The notes beneath the pieces are model-generated. The model searched no databases. It was given only the letters and a program-made list of their open reading frames with translations, and was not told the DNA's origin. From contig NC_043003.1 in assembly GCF_006345805.1 (NCBI RefSeq), positions 81,778,001 through 81,842,000 on the forward strand: 64,000 bases of DNA, read 5' to 3'. A program made the translations under genes and the position numbers. Origin of the DNA: Octopus sinensis. Lineage: Eukaryota. Of this stretch, positions 25,568 through 38,921 are shown one piece after another (positions within the stretch are counted from its first letter, which is position 1; each line of letters starts with the position of its first letter).

Positions 25568-26982
25568 CAAATTTATATATATATATACACACACACAACA
25601 AATATATATATATAAATGTGGAAATGTATGCACACATATAATCAACCATGTACATACTCATACAAACACACTCACATATATATGCATGCATTTATATATC
25701 TATATAGATGCACAGACGCACAGAGGTGTGGTTGCACAAAGAAAATTAGAATTTAATATATTTATGTAAAACATATACATATTTATGTGCATCAATACAT
25801 ATATTAATGTTTGTTTTTGTGTTATAATGAAAGCAATTTAACATTGAACTGAAGTATTATACACTACTTTCGGTACAGCATAAATATATTATTAAAAAGA
25901 GTATTATTGACAATGACTTCGAAGTTTTGGCCCAAATTTAGTCAATCAAAATTGTGCATGATATCTCTCCATCAAATCCTAACCGAAAATCCCGCTCTCT
26001 TTCAACTGAGCTCAATGGCTTAGCTGGTCGAGTGTGTGTGTATGTGTTTCTGCGTGATTTTGTGTTTGTGTGTGTTTTTGTGTGTTTTTGTGTGAGTGTT
26101 TGTGTGCATGTGTACGTGCACATTTTTGTGTGTTTCTTTGGGTGTGTGACCTGTACCTGTAACTTAAACGGGCCAGTATTGTTACTCTCTGTATCATTCA
26201 GAATCCAACTGTGAACTACGCTATGAGTAAGCGTCTGTGTGGAGTACTCAGCCGCCACTTGCAAGTTAGTTGCATAAAGAGGGTATTCAGTTGATCGGAT
26301 CAATTGGTACAGACATTGAAACCGACGGAATGCCAGTTTGTGTGTGTCTGTCTCTGTGTCATTCTTTCTGTCTCTGTGTATGTATATATATATTGTGAAC
26401 TGAATTCTGAACCGTGCTTCCATTCTTTGGAAGAAAGATACCTCATTTTTGCTGGGGAACATCTGTATTTCTTGAGAGTAAAATAAATAAAATAAATTCA
26501 TTATATCATCTTCGTATAATTGTTTAATTTTCTATTGCTGGTTCTCTCACTTCAACTATGAAGCCCTAAATATTGGTAGATAGAAGTTACCACCCCAATT
26601 TTGTAGGAATCTCTTCTGTTCAATATTTCCGACGAGCATATCACATTAATTACATAGAAAAAGCATGCAGTTTGGAAAGACGGAGAGAGGGATAGATAGC
26701 TGTTTTGCGGGAGTATTTAGCCAAAATATAGTCATTTTTGTTAATGTTGTATCAATTACGTAGCGATACAAAATTACTTTAACCAGATTTAGTTAGTTGA
26801 AGCAATATTGTCCTGGCGTTCTAACTGTTTTTAGTAAACCAGTGCTAAATTATCCTGCTGTACTTTATTGAATACAATTCGAAGTTTTCTTTTGTCAATA
26901 TTTTACTTTTCTGTACACAAATGGCATCAGATAATTGGAAATGCATTCTTTCACAAAAAACTCTTGTAAATTTCATATATAT

Positions 26983-27175
26983 AGTAATGGCTGTGTGGTA
27001 AGACGTTTGCGTCTCAACCACAAGGTTCCGAGGCGTGTGTCCCACTGCGTGGAACCTTGGGCTTGTGTCTGCTACTATAGGCTCGGGCCGACCAAATCCT
27101 TGTGAATCTCGTCGTGTATATGTATATATATATATAATATATATATATATATACACATTTACAACACACGCACAA

Positions 27176-27206
<31 letters not shown>

Positions 27207-27395
27207 GGTCTGTATGTATTTGTGTGTCTGTGTTCGCGTGTCCGCTCCCCCATCGCTAGATAACTGTTATTGGTGTGTTTATGTTTCCGTCACTTAGTGG
27301 TTCGGCAAAGAGACCAATAGATAGGTACTACATTTACAGAGGATAAGTCCTGGGGTCCAGCATGGCCGCAGTCAAATGACTGAAACAAGTGAAAT
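26983..27395 (+). mobile_element. tRNA-derived SINE, family C (internal microsatellite)
   Basis: Head TGGCTGTGTGGTAAG..GGTTCCG, internal (TA)/(CA) tract, tail CCAGCATGGCCGCAGTCAAATGACTGAAACAAGT. Confidence 0.88.
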
Positions 27396-27404
27396 AATCA
27401 AAGA

Positions 27405-27470
<66 letters not shown>

Positions 27471-28051
27471 CCTTTCTACTATAGGCACACGGTCTGAAAT
27501 TTGGAGAAAGAGACTATTTGATTACATTAACCCCAGTGTTTCACTGGTACTTAATTTACCGATGCCGAAAAGATGAATAGCAAAGTCGACCTCGGCGGAA
27601 TTTGAACTCAGAACGTAGCAGCGGGCGAAATACCTATTTCTTTACTACCCAAAAGGGGCTAAACACAGAGAGGACAAACAAGGAAAGACAAACGGATTAA
27701 GTCGATTATATCGACCCCAGTGGGTAACTGGTACTTATTTAATCGACCCCGATAGGATGAAAGGCAAAGTCGATCTCTGCGGAATTTGAATTCAGAACGT
27801 AGCGGCAGATGAAATACCTATTTCTTTATTACCCACAAGGGGCTAAACATAGAGGGGACAAACAAGGACAGACATAGGTATTAAGTCGATTACATCGACC
27901 CCAGTGCGGAACTGGTACTTAATTTCTCGATCCCGAAAGGATGAAAGGCAAAGTCAACCTCAGCGGAATTTGAACTCACAACGTAGCGGCAGACGAAATA
28001 CCGCTAAGCATTTCGCCCGGCGTACTAACGTTTCTGCCAGCTCGCCGCCTT
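27471..28051 (-). mobile_element. Head-to-tail trimer of SINE family A
   Basis: Units 27819-28051 (full head), 27635-27818 and 27471-27634; both internal junctions read AAGAAATA|GGTATTTC on the minus strand; (ATT)n tail at 27410-27470. Confidence 0.92.
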
Positions 28052-28487
28052 AATGATGATGATGATGATAAGTAGAAGAACAACATCAACAATAACAGCA
28101 ACAACAACAACCATAGCAACAACAACAACAATAATAAAGAACAAATTTTATGTGCGCGTGTGTGTGTTTATATGTATGCATGTGCGTATTTGTGTGTGTA
28201 TGCGTATGTATAGGAAGAATAAGGATTCAAAAAATCAAACAAGGCTTACATGAAGCTGCGCGGCGGGTGCCCAGCTACCGAGAAAAACTGGGCTAAGATT
28301 AGGAGGGAATTTCACTGTCTTTTTGGAAATCCAGGAATTACAATACTTGAGATGTATGAAAGACAAAGAAAATTTTAAATAATTGGGGAAATATAGAAAT
28401 AAAGACGCAAGTAAAGCCTCTCCAGAAAGCCCCCATAAATATAATTACGGAGCAAATTTATATTTACGGAGGTGTCTATATATATAT

Positions 28488-28534
<47 letters not shown>

Positions 28535-28739
28535 ATATATATATTTATACACGTGGGGCAGATTTTGTTGCGTAGATTATGTAACGGACACCGTTTTCTA
28601 CTGATGGAATAAAGATATTATCTCACTTCGCTTCTTTTATCTGACACACACATAAATATAGTTTAGCCGCATGATTATATTTATGGGTGCTTTCTGGGTG
28701 TTTTCTCCCTTTTTATTTCTATCGTTTCCAAATATTTTT

Positions 28740-29130
28740 TTTCTCTTCTTCCTGAGCCTAAAGCATCAATAATTATTGGTACAATATACATGTTTTCGTT
28801 AGCCGTAGCCTTTCGATTTCTCCCCTGAGGGCTTCATATCACATCATCTTTTCTCTGTTTTCGACGACTCTGCTGTTTCAAGGGCAAGCGGTTCAGCTAT
28901 ATGACCACACTGGATCATGGAATCCCAAGGAATCATTGCACTACCATTTTCTGGCACATCCTTTGATTCACGTTCATACCGTTCTCTCTTTTCAGTTCTA
29001 ACCTGTTACATAGTTCCCAGTCAATCACACTGTTGAAATTGTATTCCTCTCATGTCCTCTCTTGTATTCTTTCTGGGCGAATTAACTGATTTCGCTTACA
29101 ACATGCTAGTCTGTCTCTACAACGGGAGTA
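28740..29130 (-). mobile_element. Highly degenerate R4/Dong-type LINE fragment (zinc knuckle to REL region)
   Basis: Peptide traces HVVSEIS*FAQKEYKRGH, DWELCNRL, ENGSAMIPWDSMIQ parallel HLVSGCESLAQKEYKRRHD / ENEKATILWD of the better copies in this window. Confidence 0.7.
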
Positions 29131-29548
29131 GCACCAACGCTGTTTCCAGTCCAATTTACGCTGTTATCTATTACATTTCTTACAGACATTTCACTCAAAG
29201 AAGCTGTTTAAGTAGAAATTTTTGCGATACCCGTAATACATGAATCACCAGCGAAGCTTCAGTCACAATGCCCACTGTCTTTATAAGATAGTGGGCACTA
29301 TGACTAGACTGTCATATTTTAAAGGAAAAATGTTGATCGACGAGAGTGACTTGTGTCTTTAATCCTCATGCTTGGCTTCCTAATACGTATTGTTTTAGAA
29401 AATGTGCTTTTGATAATGTAAAACAGATTGTTTCGGAGTTTTACAGACAGTAATTTTCGTAGGATATGAACAGACCTCATAATACTATTTTCGAACATTC
29501 TTTCATTTGTAGGATTCCTGGGATTTGAGATAGTTAATAATAATCCCC

Positions 29549-29609
<61 letters not shown>

Positions 29610-29634
29610 AAATATCGTTATTTTTAAAGTAGTT

Positions 29635-29850
29635 AACTGGCAGAAACGTTAGCACACTGAACAAAACGGTTGTTGACATTTCGCCCGTCTTTTCTTACTG
29701 AGTTCAATTCCCGCCCAGGCCGTCATTGCCTTACGTTCGTTGCGAATCGTTAAAATAAGTACCAGTTAAGAACTAGCGTCGATGGGATAAACTGATCCTC
29801 CCGAAAAACGTCAGGCTTTGTTCATATTGTAGAAAGGATTATTATTGTTG
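29635..29850 (+). mobile_element. Degenerate SINE family A (GTAGAAAGG-(ATT)n tail)
   Basis: CTGGCAGAAACGTTAGCAC head, GAGTTCAATTCC B box, AAAATAAGTACCAG core. Confidence 0.75.
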
Positions 29851-32210
29851 TTATTATTATATTTATATTTTAGTTTGATTTTGAGGCATTTTATTTACTA
29901 ACCGGCTCTGTGCCCGCAACCTAAGTTTAGTAACTATATTGTAACGATAAAAATTTTCTCAAGTGATGGCTATTGAGATCAGTGCAATCTTCTAGACATC
30001 GGATATATTTAACTTTCCGGGTTGGTTTAAAGACCTTGATTTAATTATGTGTTATACCAATGTCTACCTCTAGGTCCTTGCATTTAGTTAACTTTTTGAA
30101 TTCTTTGAATGAGATATTTCGAACAGCTATTAAATAAAATTGTCGGTGATATGTAGCTTTGTTTAATATTCTAACAAGGAAAGAAAATTCATATTTCATA
30201 AAAATTTATTGTTTGTAGTAAAGTACAGAGAAAGCTGAAATGAATAATACAGCAGAATGAAAATATAATGACTTTATACAATCGAGCGGTTGTTGATTTT
30301 TATATATCTACAAAAATAAGTATTTTGATAGAATTTTTAATGCGAGTAGTATTTCAAGATCTTAGTTTCTGCTGATTTTAATCCATTTTCAAGTCTTGTT
30401 CTGAAAAACTATCTCAATATTTATAGGAATCTTTGCCTTAAATTTCTTGTAAAATGTAGATTAATAAGTAATTGATTGACGTTTATTGAGATAGAAAATC
30501 TCATCTGCAACAATGATATATTCTGTAAGACTACTATCACTACTTTGGCAGATGTCATTAAATTCTATAATACTTATATTCTCTCACTTCTATACATTCT
30601 ATAGCATCAAAAGTTATATTCACATCTGTTATGCTCACCATCACTAACCATTTATACATGCCTGAACTTACGATTATCGTCAAACTTGCATAATTAAATC
30701 TGTCTTTTAATAGCATTTTGTAGTTTTACTATTTATTTCCAATTCTCGATCACCCAGTATAATCGACGACAGAAAATTAAGGTATAATAAGCCCTTGTAA
30801 CGTATGAAATGATAGATAATAAAAATTTAGGCTACATTCACTTCGAATAGGTTTGAATACGAAAGAGCTAAGGAAAATAATGTAATTTGAAAATGTATGA
30901 TTGTCTGTTTTGACAAGATTATGATTAAAAATACGCAGAATCATAACCGTTAAGAGAAGAAGCCTAAGGGTTCCTAATATATGCATATATAAGACAGTAT
31001 TCTCTATCTTTAGTCATTCTTCAGTTTCAATGCATAAGAGTACGCTTTGCATTATTAATAATTGCTTATATCAGTTATCTTTCCACCCTTAAATAATTCG
31101 CTTTTCAATCACAATGGTTGTTAAGCAGGAATATTGTTTTATATTATGCCTTTACCTAACAATGTCCTAGATGACACATTGCCTTAAAATACTCAAATAT
31201 TCTTTTCTGTATTCACAATAATTATTCAAGTATTGTGTGTGAACACTCAATATAGAACTAGATAGATAATTAGGAGTAATTATATAAGGACTAGGAATGA
31301 ATGTCTTTTGCAGCAGAAATATATATTTTTTCCATCTACATTCAAGTACCAAATCTGAACAAGGAATAAAATAGATGCACTATACTGCCATATACGCCAT
31401 ATGAAACAATGTGAAAATTAGATTTTAGTTGCAGAAAAGCACTTAGTGAAATCTTCAGTTCGGAACTGACTACCACTTATAAGGAATTCGCTTCTGTCCT
31501 CCGAATTTTGAGTTAAATTCTGTCGAGATTAACTGCTCGACTCATTACATTTACGACGAAAATATAATTAATATGACTAATATACTTGGGCAAATTCAGT
31601 TAGCTGAATTTACACCTAAATAATAAACAAATAATAAGTTTACAATAAATTATTGGAGTGAGTCTCAAAATACTTCTCTAGTAATTGTATAAACAAAAAC
31701 TTACCGTGAAATCTCTTGACATCATAAATTATAACATTGGAAAGTTGAATGCAGCAATAAAATATTAAGTTATTACATAGACAACAAAAAGCTTATGCTA
31801 ACTCATATATTACAAGTATTTTCCATCCACTGGGTATGAAATGTTTCAAATAAATTTTGCTAAAATATTGAAATACGCATTAACTACAAAAGATACGGTG
31901 TTAATATAAACACCCCACACACATATATATATAAATTTACATGACAAGTTTGCATTCAAATATTTCTTCTTAATAACCGTGTACACAAATGTCAATACCA
32001 CTGAAACATCTATCGGATTCAGTGGAATATATTAAGCTTGAAAATCAGAAGAGCAATTTTAGTTTTGCTCATGTCTTGGAATATTCAAAACGATACAATA
32101 ATTATGGTTTAGAAATGTCGTTTCGGATTATGCAGACTACACACACACACACACACACACAAGCACAAACATACACACGCATACAGACACACACACACAC
32201 ATACAGGCAT

Positions 32211-32268
<58 letters not shown>

Positions 32269-33811
32269 TTATACAATATAGCTATGTAGGAGTGTGTGTG
32301 AATGTATGTATATATATATATATATATATACATTCTTATATATATATATATGTATATATATACATTCTTCTAGACCAGGAATTAATGTATCTTCTTTCAA
32401 ATACTCTTTCAAATTATACAATGAACTGGATCTATAAAAAAGAAAATTTGCAAGTGTTCATTCGAAATTTCCCTCTATCTAAACTTATTTACGAACAGGT
32501 TGCTGGCCTGCCAATTATTTCATCTACACTTGTTGACCTTGCATGATCATTCGTCCAATTTATTATAATAAACAATATTTTATAAATTTAACCGGCATTA
32601 ATGGTATCATGAACACTCGTAAAATAATGATATCGATCTAAATTCTTTCGAAATAACTTTACAAATTATTTCTGCATGTTTAAATCTTGTTATTCATTGA
32701 AACTGATTTTCCAATTTGTTTTATTGCAATCATTTGTATAAATCATTCCATTAAATTTTACCAGGAGACCAAACATATACTATTAGCCATTTACGAATTT
32801 AATGACATATGAAATACATCACTTCGTAGATGAATAAAATACATCACTTATCATGTTGCATTAACTAAATTATATACATGGTGCACGATATCATCAGTGA
32901 AACCAATAAGATAATTAGTAGTAAAATATATTATAATTTCTCCCACAGGAGTACGATATATTACATATATAGAACTACTTTTTCTCCATTAGCTTTAAAA
33001 TAGCAATGAAGTAAATATTATATAAAATCACTTTCTTCGAATGTATTGCTCATCGGTGATTTTTCTCAATTATCGTCATTAATTGACGATAATTTGTTAA
33101 ACACGATTTCATTTATAAGTACGAATTTTGGGTTTTAATTCTTCTAAGCAACAAATAAGTTACTGATGTGCCACTTTTACCAATGACATATATTATCAAT
33201 TTCATTTTTATTTAGATGAATGCATATTTTCATTACTTCACATATGCAATTTAATTTATATTATTGTTTACAATCGTAAGGCGTAGGTTTGATAAAACTA
33301 TAAGATATGTTTGTTTTTTTTCAAAATAGAGAACAAAGCAATATAAATGTTTTCTGTGAGGAAATGTTTCAGATGCCTAACGTGAATATGCAAAGTTTAT
33401 ATATCCTATGAATATTCCAAAATAGTTATCAATTCTGATAGCAACTGAAGGAGATCCTTATGCTTTTAGTAAAGAAATCTGCAAACAGATATCTAAAAAG
33501 ACTGGAGTTCGAAAATGCAGTTATCAGTTCCTTTATAAAAAAAAATAAGATTTATCAGGTAGTTAGCATCTTACAATAATTGAATATACATTTGATAAAA
33601 GTGATATTGAGAAAAAAGGGCATTTAAAAGCATGAGAAGGAAAAACATGCTATTTTCCTAAAAGAAAGTGAGTTAAGATTATAGAAAAAAAAGGATTAAA
33701 TTAAATAAAACAAAATAAAATTAAATAAAATAGAATAGAATAAAATAAGTAAGGATAAATGAAAATCTTCTGAAACGCCATACTCTGGAATGATGAAGCG
33801 GATTATAGAGT

Positions 33812-34036
33812 AAGAGCTGGCAGAATCGTTAGCACGCCGGGCGAAATGCGTAGCCGTATTTCGTCTGCTGTTACGTTCTGAGTTCAAATCCCGCCGAGGA
33901 CGACTTTGCCTTTCATCCTTTCGGGGTCGATAAATTAAGTACCAGTTATGCACTGGGTCGATGTAATCGACTTAATTCGTTTGTCTGTCCTTGTTTGTCC
34001 CCTCTGTGTTTGGCCCCTTGTGGGTAATAAAGAAAC
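33812..34036 (+). mobile_element. tRNA-derived SINE, family A
   Basis: Reverse-complement match to 8484-8716. Confidence 0.92.
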
Positions 34037-34580
34037 ATATAGAGTAAGATAAATTACAGTAATCCAAATATAGTTAAGCTATAATGTGTTTAAGGATTAA
34101 TGATTTTATGTTTATATATTTTTAGGTCCAAGATACTGGGGTCTACTGAATCCTGAGTGGAAAATGTGCAGTGAAGGGAAACAACAATCTCCAATTGACA
34201 TCCAGCCCAAATATATGTTGTTTGATCCGAATTTGAAACATATTGTAATAAACAAAATTAAGGTAGAGTACGAAATATATTATTAAATATTTTGCATAAC
34301 TTTTATTACTGAAATGTAAAAAAAAAAAAAAAATAGGGCAATTCCAAAGTACTGAGAGTTATATACTTTTACTGTGTACTGTTATAAATATACAATTTAT
34401 TAAAACTTTAAACTCATTGATGCACAGAATATTGTACGTTACAATCAATTTATGTTTGTTTTATATGTTCTATAATAAAGGGATTTATTATAATAGACCA
34501 TAATTATTGTGAAAATGTGGAGAAAAAGCAATATGCTTGCTCACATGATATTTAATTTCTAACAAGTTAATAAATTATAT

Positions 34581-34995
34581 TGGAGAGGCTGTGAGGTAAG
34601 TAGCTCGCTTACCATCCACATGGTTCCGAGTTCAGTCCCACTGTGTGGCATCTTGGGCAAGTGTCTTCTACTACAGCCACGGGCCGACCGAAGGCCTGTG
34701 AGTGGATTTGGTAGATGGAAAATGAAAAAAGCCCGTCGTAAATCTGTATATGTACATATATATGTCTGTGTGTATGTGTGAGTGTATGATTGTGTGTTTG
34801 TGCTTGTCCCTCACCATCACTTGACAACCGATGTTGGTATGTTTACGCCCCCGAAAATCTAGCGGTTCGGCAAAACACACCGATAGAATAAGTAATAGGC
34901 TTACAAAGAATAAGTCCTGGGATCGATTTGTTCGACTAAGGACGGTGCCCCAGCATGGCTGCAATGAAATGACTGAAACAAATAAAAGAATAAAA
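34581..34995 (+). mobile_element. tRNA-derived SINE, family C
   Basis: Matches 38522-38921 (revcomp) and 26983-27395. Confidence 0.92.
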
Positions 34996-35499
34996 TAATT
35001 AAAGAATATATTATACTATAATTCCAAGATATGAATCAAATTATATCACGATGTGACGTTAAGAATAATAAATTTAATATTTTATACATACATACAAACA
35101 TACTTACATACATACATACATATATATATATGTGTGTGTGTGTTTGTGTGTGTGTACACATATATATTATATATATATATATTTATACATATATATGTAT
35201 GTATGCATACACATATATATATACACAGATTTATATAGAGATATATACACACAAATGTGTGTAAATGTCTGTATGCGTGTGTGTGCGAGCACATGTATGT
35301 GCGTTTATAGTGATGGAAATAAGCATATTCATTTCCTTTGTGTTGACCTAAGAGAAAACAAAAGATCTTGGAAAACTGGATACTATACAGTTGTTAAAAA
35401 ACAATTTCTGTGTTTGTAATGCTTGAGCCTGATGAAGGAGTTGCAGTCATTGTAGGCCTTCCGTGACAGGGGAAAAAGACACGTTTAAGACTCCTTTTG

Positions 35500-36204
35500 A
35501 ACATGGCAAAGTTAATGGATATAAAAGTAACCTGTACTGGTACGGAATACTAGAGAACAGAGAAAGAACTGAAAGTAGAGTTGAGAGTAAAAATTATGAA
35601 AGTGAATGCAACAGCAGAAACAAGAGGAGAGAGGAGAGTGTTGAAAGTGCTTATGAATATGGATATTGTTCGTAAAGATATTTTGAATGATATTCTTTCA
35701 TAACTACATAATGGTTGTACTGGATTCCGTCAGGACTTTTTCGGAAAAAATAGAGCTAGTTCCCTTTCTATGAATAAAACAGAGAAGATAGAGTAGCACG
35801 GAAAATATTCAATAATTTTGAGGAGAAACCCCGATACACCTGCTGCAAATGGAAGGGGTACTACAGTTAAAGAGGATTGATAAATTTACCATGTGCTTGG
35901 ATATGTTCAGATTTTTACACAATACTTTGGTTGATTCTGGCCTACTATTATAGGAGGGACCGAGGATACACCCGAGATCATGTGAATTTGAAGCAAAATA
36001 CCTTAACTACATACTCATGTAGATATTACAGTATGCTGTGTGGACGCCCCCATACGATGAAGTAGACTAGCCCAATACGTTGATATAAAGGGAGAAGTCT
36101 AGACGTCGAGATAGAAGAATAGCGGTAGGAGTAGAGAACAGCTGAGTAGCGAGTAGCGGTGAGAGTCGAGTTGAGTTGAGTAGCGGTCACCCGAACGTGC
36201 GACA
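35500..36204 (+). mobile_element. Possible Gypsy-like integrase remnant followed by an LTR-like segment
   Basis: DILS*LHNGCTGF..KNRA resembles the integrase H2C2 region and PAANG resembles PQSNG; segment 36037-36204 starts TG, ends CA, has GATATAAAGGG and repeated GAGTAGCG. No TSD found. Confidence 0.3.
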
Positions 36205-37153
36205 TAACTCAGTAACAGTACAAAAATAGCAAATTTGATCATTATTTTATCATATTTTGCTAAGAAATAATATGTGCCACAGCATCAGTGTTTGATCAGA
36301 TTGAATAAGAAAAAGCGTATTTATGTTGCACCATCTGTATCAGAAAAGATATGGATGAATAGAATACTGATCTGTTGCGTATTTATGGTTTGTGTTTCAT
36401 TTGTGACGTATTTACTCAGTTTGCATTGGGCCTCATTCGAACATAGAACTAGTGTTTGTTTAAGCACTTACATCATCATTAAGTAGATGTGTTAATGCAG
36501 TTTTCTAGCTAATTTCAGATTAAAAAAATATGATGCCACCAGCTGTTAATCTTTATGGCAATCGATGGCTAGTCTCCTGTTAATAACATTGGTTTCTTTC
36601 CTCAAGTGAAGAAACTAGACCATCTTCTAGTTTTATTTTATTTTCTCTCAATTTATTTCTTTATTATAATCGTAAATATTGATTTACATATGCATCGGTA
36701 CAACATAATTCCAAAGTAATAGAAATATTTACGCACAGGAAAATGTTTCACTAACGAGGCAATAGTAAACTCGTACAGACGATGTTGGATTAATGATTAA
36801 GCATGTATACTGGAAGGTCTGTTGGTTTTATTATCACATAAGTTCCATGTATCAAAGGAAGATATTGTTATTTTAGAACATACTTTCTCGTGAAAATATA
36901 AAACAGTTCTCGATGTACAATTTTTTCGCCAATAATACACGATTAGTAACTTAACGTAAAATAAACTGGAACCGATGCCACGTTGGTTTAATGTCTGTCT
37001 GACACAGTTGATTCTAACTTAATGAGCAAAGATGCTCTGATAATAAGTATTTGTATTCTCTCTACGTAATAAATTCCATGCATGGGAAATTTTTGTACCA
37101 TGCATCATGTGGTAGTCTATTTATCTATCTATATCGTACATACACATACATGC

Positions 37154-37186
<33 letters not shown>

Positions 37187-37189
<3 letters not shown>

Positions 37190-37380
37190 AATCCAAACAA
37201 GAAAGCACAAAAAAACACAACAACGCGAGGACGTGGAACAAATATAGTATTATTAGACGCTGAGGAGAGAAGGAGGGTTTAACGTTTCGAGCGGAGCTCT
37301 TCGTCAGAAACATAGGAGAAGGAAAGATCCAGAGAAGGGAAGACAGGAAAAAAATCGCCAACGGTACACACGAGGTCACA
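37187..37380 (-). mobile_element. Short (~194 bp) ORF-less hammerhead-bearing repeat (Penelope pLTR-derived / retrozyme-like)
   Basis: Discrete unit between microsatellite tracts; pyrimidine-rich sense strand like Penelope pLTRs; contains an intact hammerhead core. Confidence 0.65.
37277..37311 (-). ncRNA. Minimal type-I hammerhead ribozyme motif, intact core
   Basis: GTTT-CTGACGA-A-GAGC(TCC)GCTC-GAAA-CG-T-T-AAAC: stem I GTTT/AAAC, stem II 4 bp, loopless palindromic ACGT stem III (dimer-dependent type), triplet GUU. Confidence 0.7.
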
Positions 37381-37426
37381 TGTATATATGTGTGCGTGTG
37401 TGTGTGTGTGTGTGACACATACATAC

Positions 37427-37466
<40 letters not shown>

Positions 37467-38376
37467 GCGTGTGTGTGTGTGTGAATTCTAACTACAAATT
37501 CACTACAATTACTGTGGGGCAAAACTTCTTTGTGATGGTAAAGGGTGGAAACTCTATATCTTCCGTGTGATGCCCTCTCTAGGATTCTCGAACGCAGCGT
37601 TTCTAGTTCTTTACCCGTATTAATGGGAAATATTGAATCGAGTTAACTCTAGGCAGACTTAAGTCGTAGATTTAACTAAAATACAGTCGACAACATTGAC
37701 CCAGTAGCACTATTAGATTGCTAGGTCGGGAGAAATTCACCAGTATCGGCAGCAAGCAGTCTTTAGGCATAAGCGGGCCTGAAGTTAGTTAAAATATGTT
37801 TGTGATTTATTTCAAAACCTAAACACGAATTTTCCCCTATGGTTAAATGTGTTAAAATATCACATCTGCCCAGAGTTGCTTTAATCGGATCACCAGATGC
37901 AACGTTTCTAGTTCAGACATGCTTTCATTTAATAATGTGCATCGATGGCGCTGCTAGCCAATTTAGGTGTATGTAACCCATTTGTCTAAAGCGAGAAATT
38001 TGCTCCATGACAGAACACAATGTATGGCTTGTTTACGAATTCAAACTTGCAATTGGAATATTCGAGCTAGTAGTAACGTTACACGAATAACTATATGTCG
38101 ACATAATCAATTATAGTATATGAACCTTTATATATTGACGTTAGATATTTGATCTTTCACTTGTTTCACTTACTGGACTGCAGCATTGGTGTGGTAACGC
38201 ATTGAGATGTTTAAACCCCCAAATTGCCTTCCACCGCACAAATACTTCACTTGCAAAGAACCTAGATTTTATTCTTTCTCAGTCATTTGTGCTCGATTAG
38301 TAAGTCACAGAGGTGTAAACTAATCAGCACCGTATTCCAAACAGTGGTCGTGGACAGACAACGCGCGGGCACACAC

Positions 38377-38434
<58 letters not shown>

Positions 38435-38478
38435 TATAATATATATATATATGTATATATATATATGTATGTATGAGC

Positions 38479-38521
<43 letters not shown>

Positions 38522-38522
<1 letters not shown>

Positions 38523-38921
38523 TTTTTTTACTTGTTTCAGTCATTTGACTGCGGCCATGCTGGAGCACCGCCTTTAGTCGAGCAAATCGACCCCGGGATT
38601 TATTCTTTGTAAGCCCAGTACTTATTCTATCGGTCTCTTATGCCGAATCGCTAAGTGACGGGGACGTAAACACACCAGCATCGGTTGTCAAGCAATGCTA
38701 AGGGGACAAACACAGACACACAAACACATACACACATATATATATATATACATATATACGACAGGCTTCTTTCAGTTTCCGTCTACCAAATCCACTCACA
38801 AGGCTTTGATCGGCCCGAGGCTATAGCAGAAGACACTTGCCCAAGATGCCACGCAGTGGGACTGAACCCGGAACCATATGGTTGGTTAGCAAGTTACTTA
38901 CCACACAGCCACTCCTGCGCC
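38522..38921 (-). mobile_element. tRNA-derived SINE, family C, well preserved
   Basis: Head GGCGCAGGAGTGGCTGTGTGGTAAG..GGTTCCGGGTTCAGTCCC; tail ..TGACTGAAACAAGTAAAAAAA. Confidence 0.93.

Noticed and set aside
35428-35470. CTGATGA hammerhead-like start
   Set aside because: There is no GAAA after the putative stem II.
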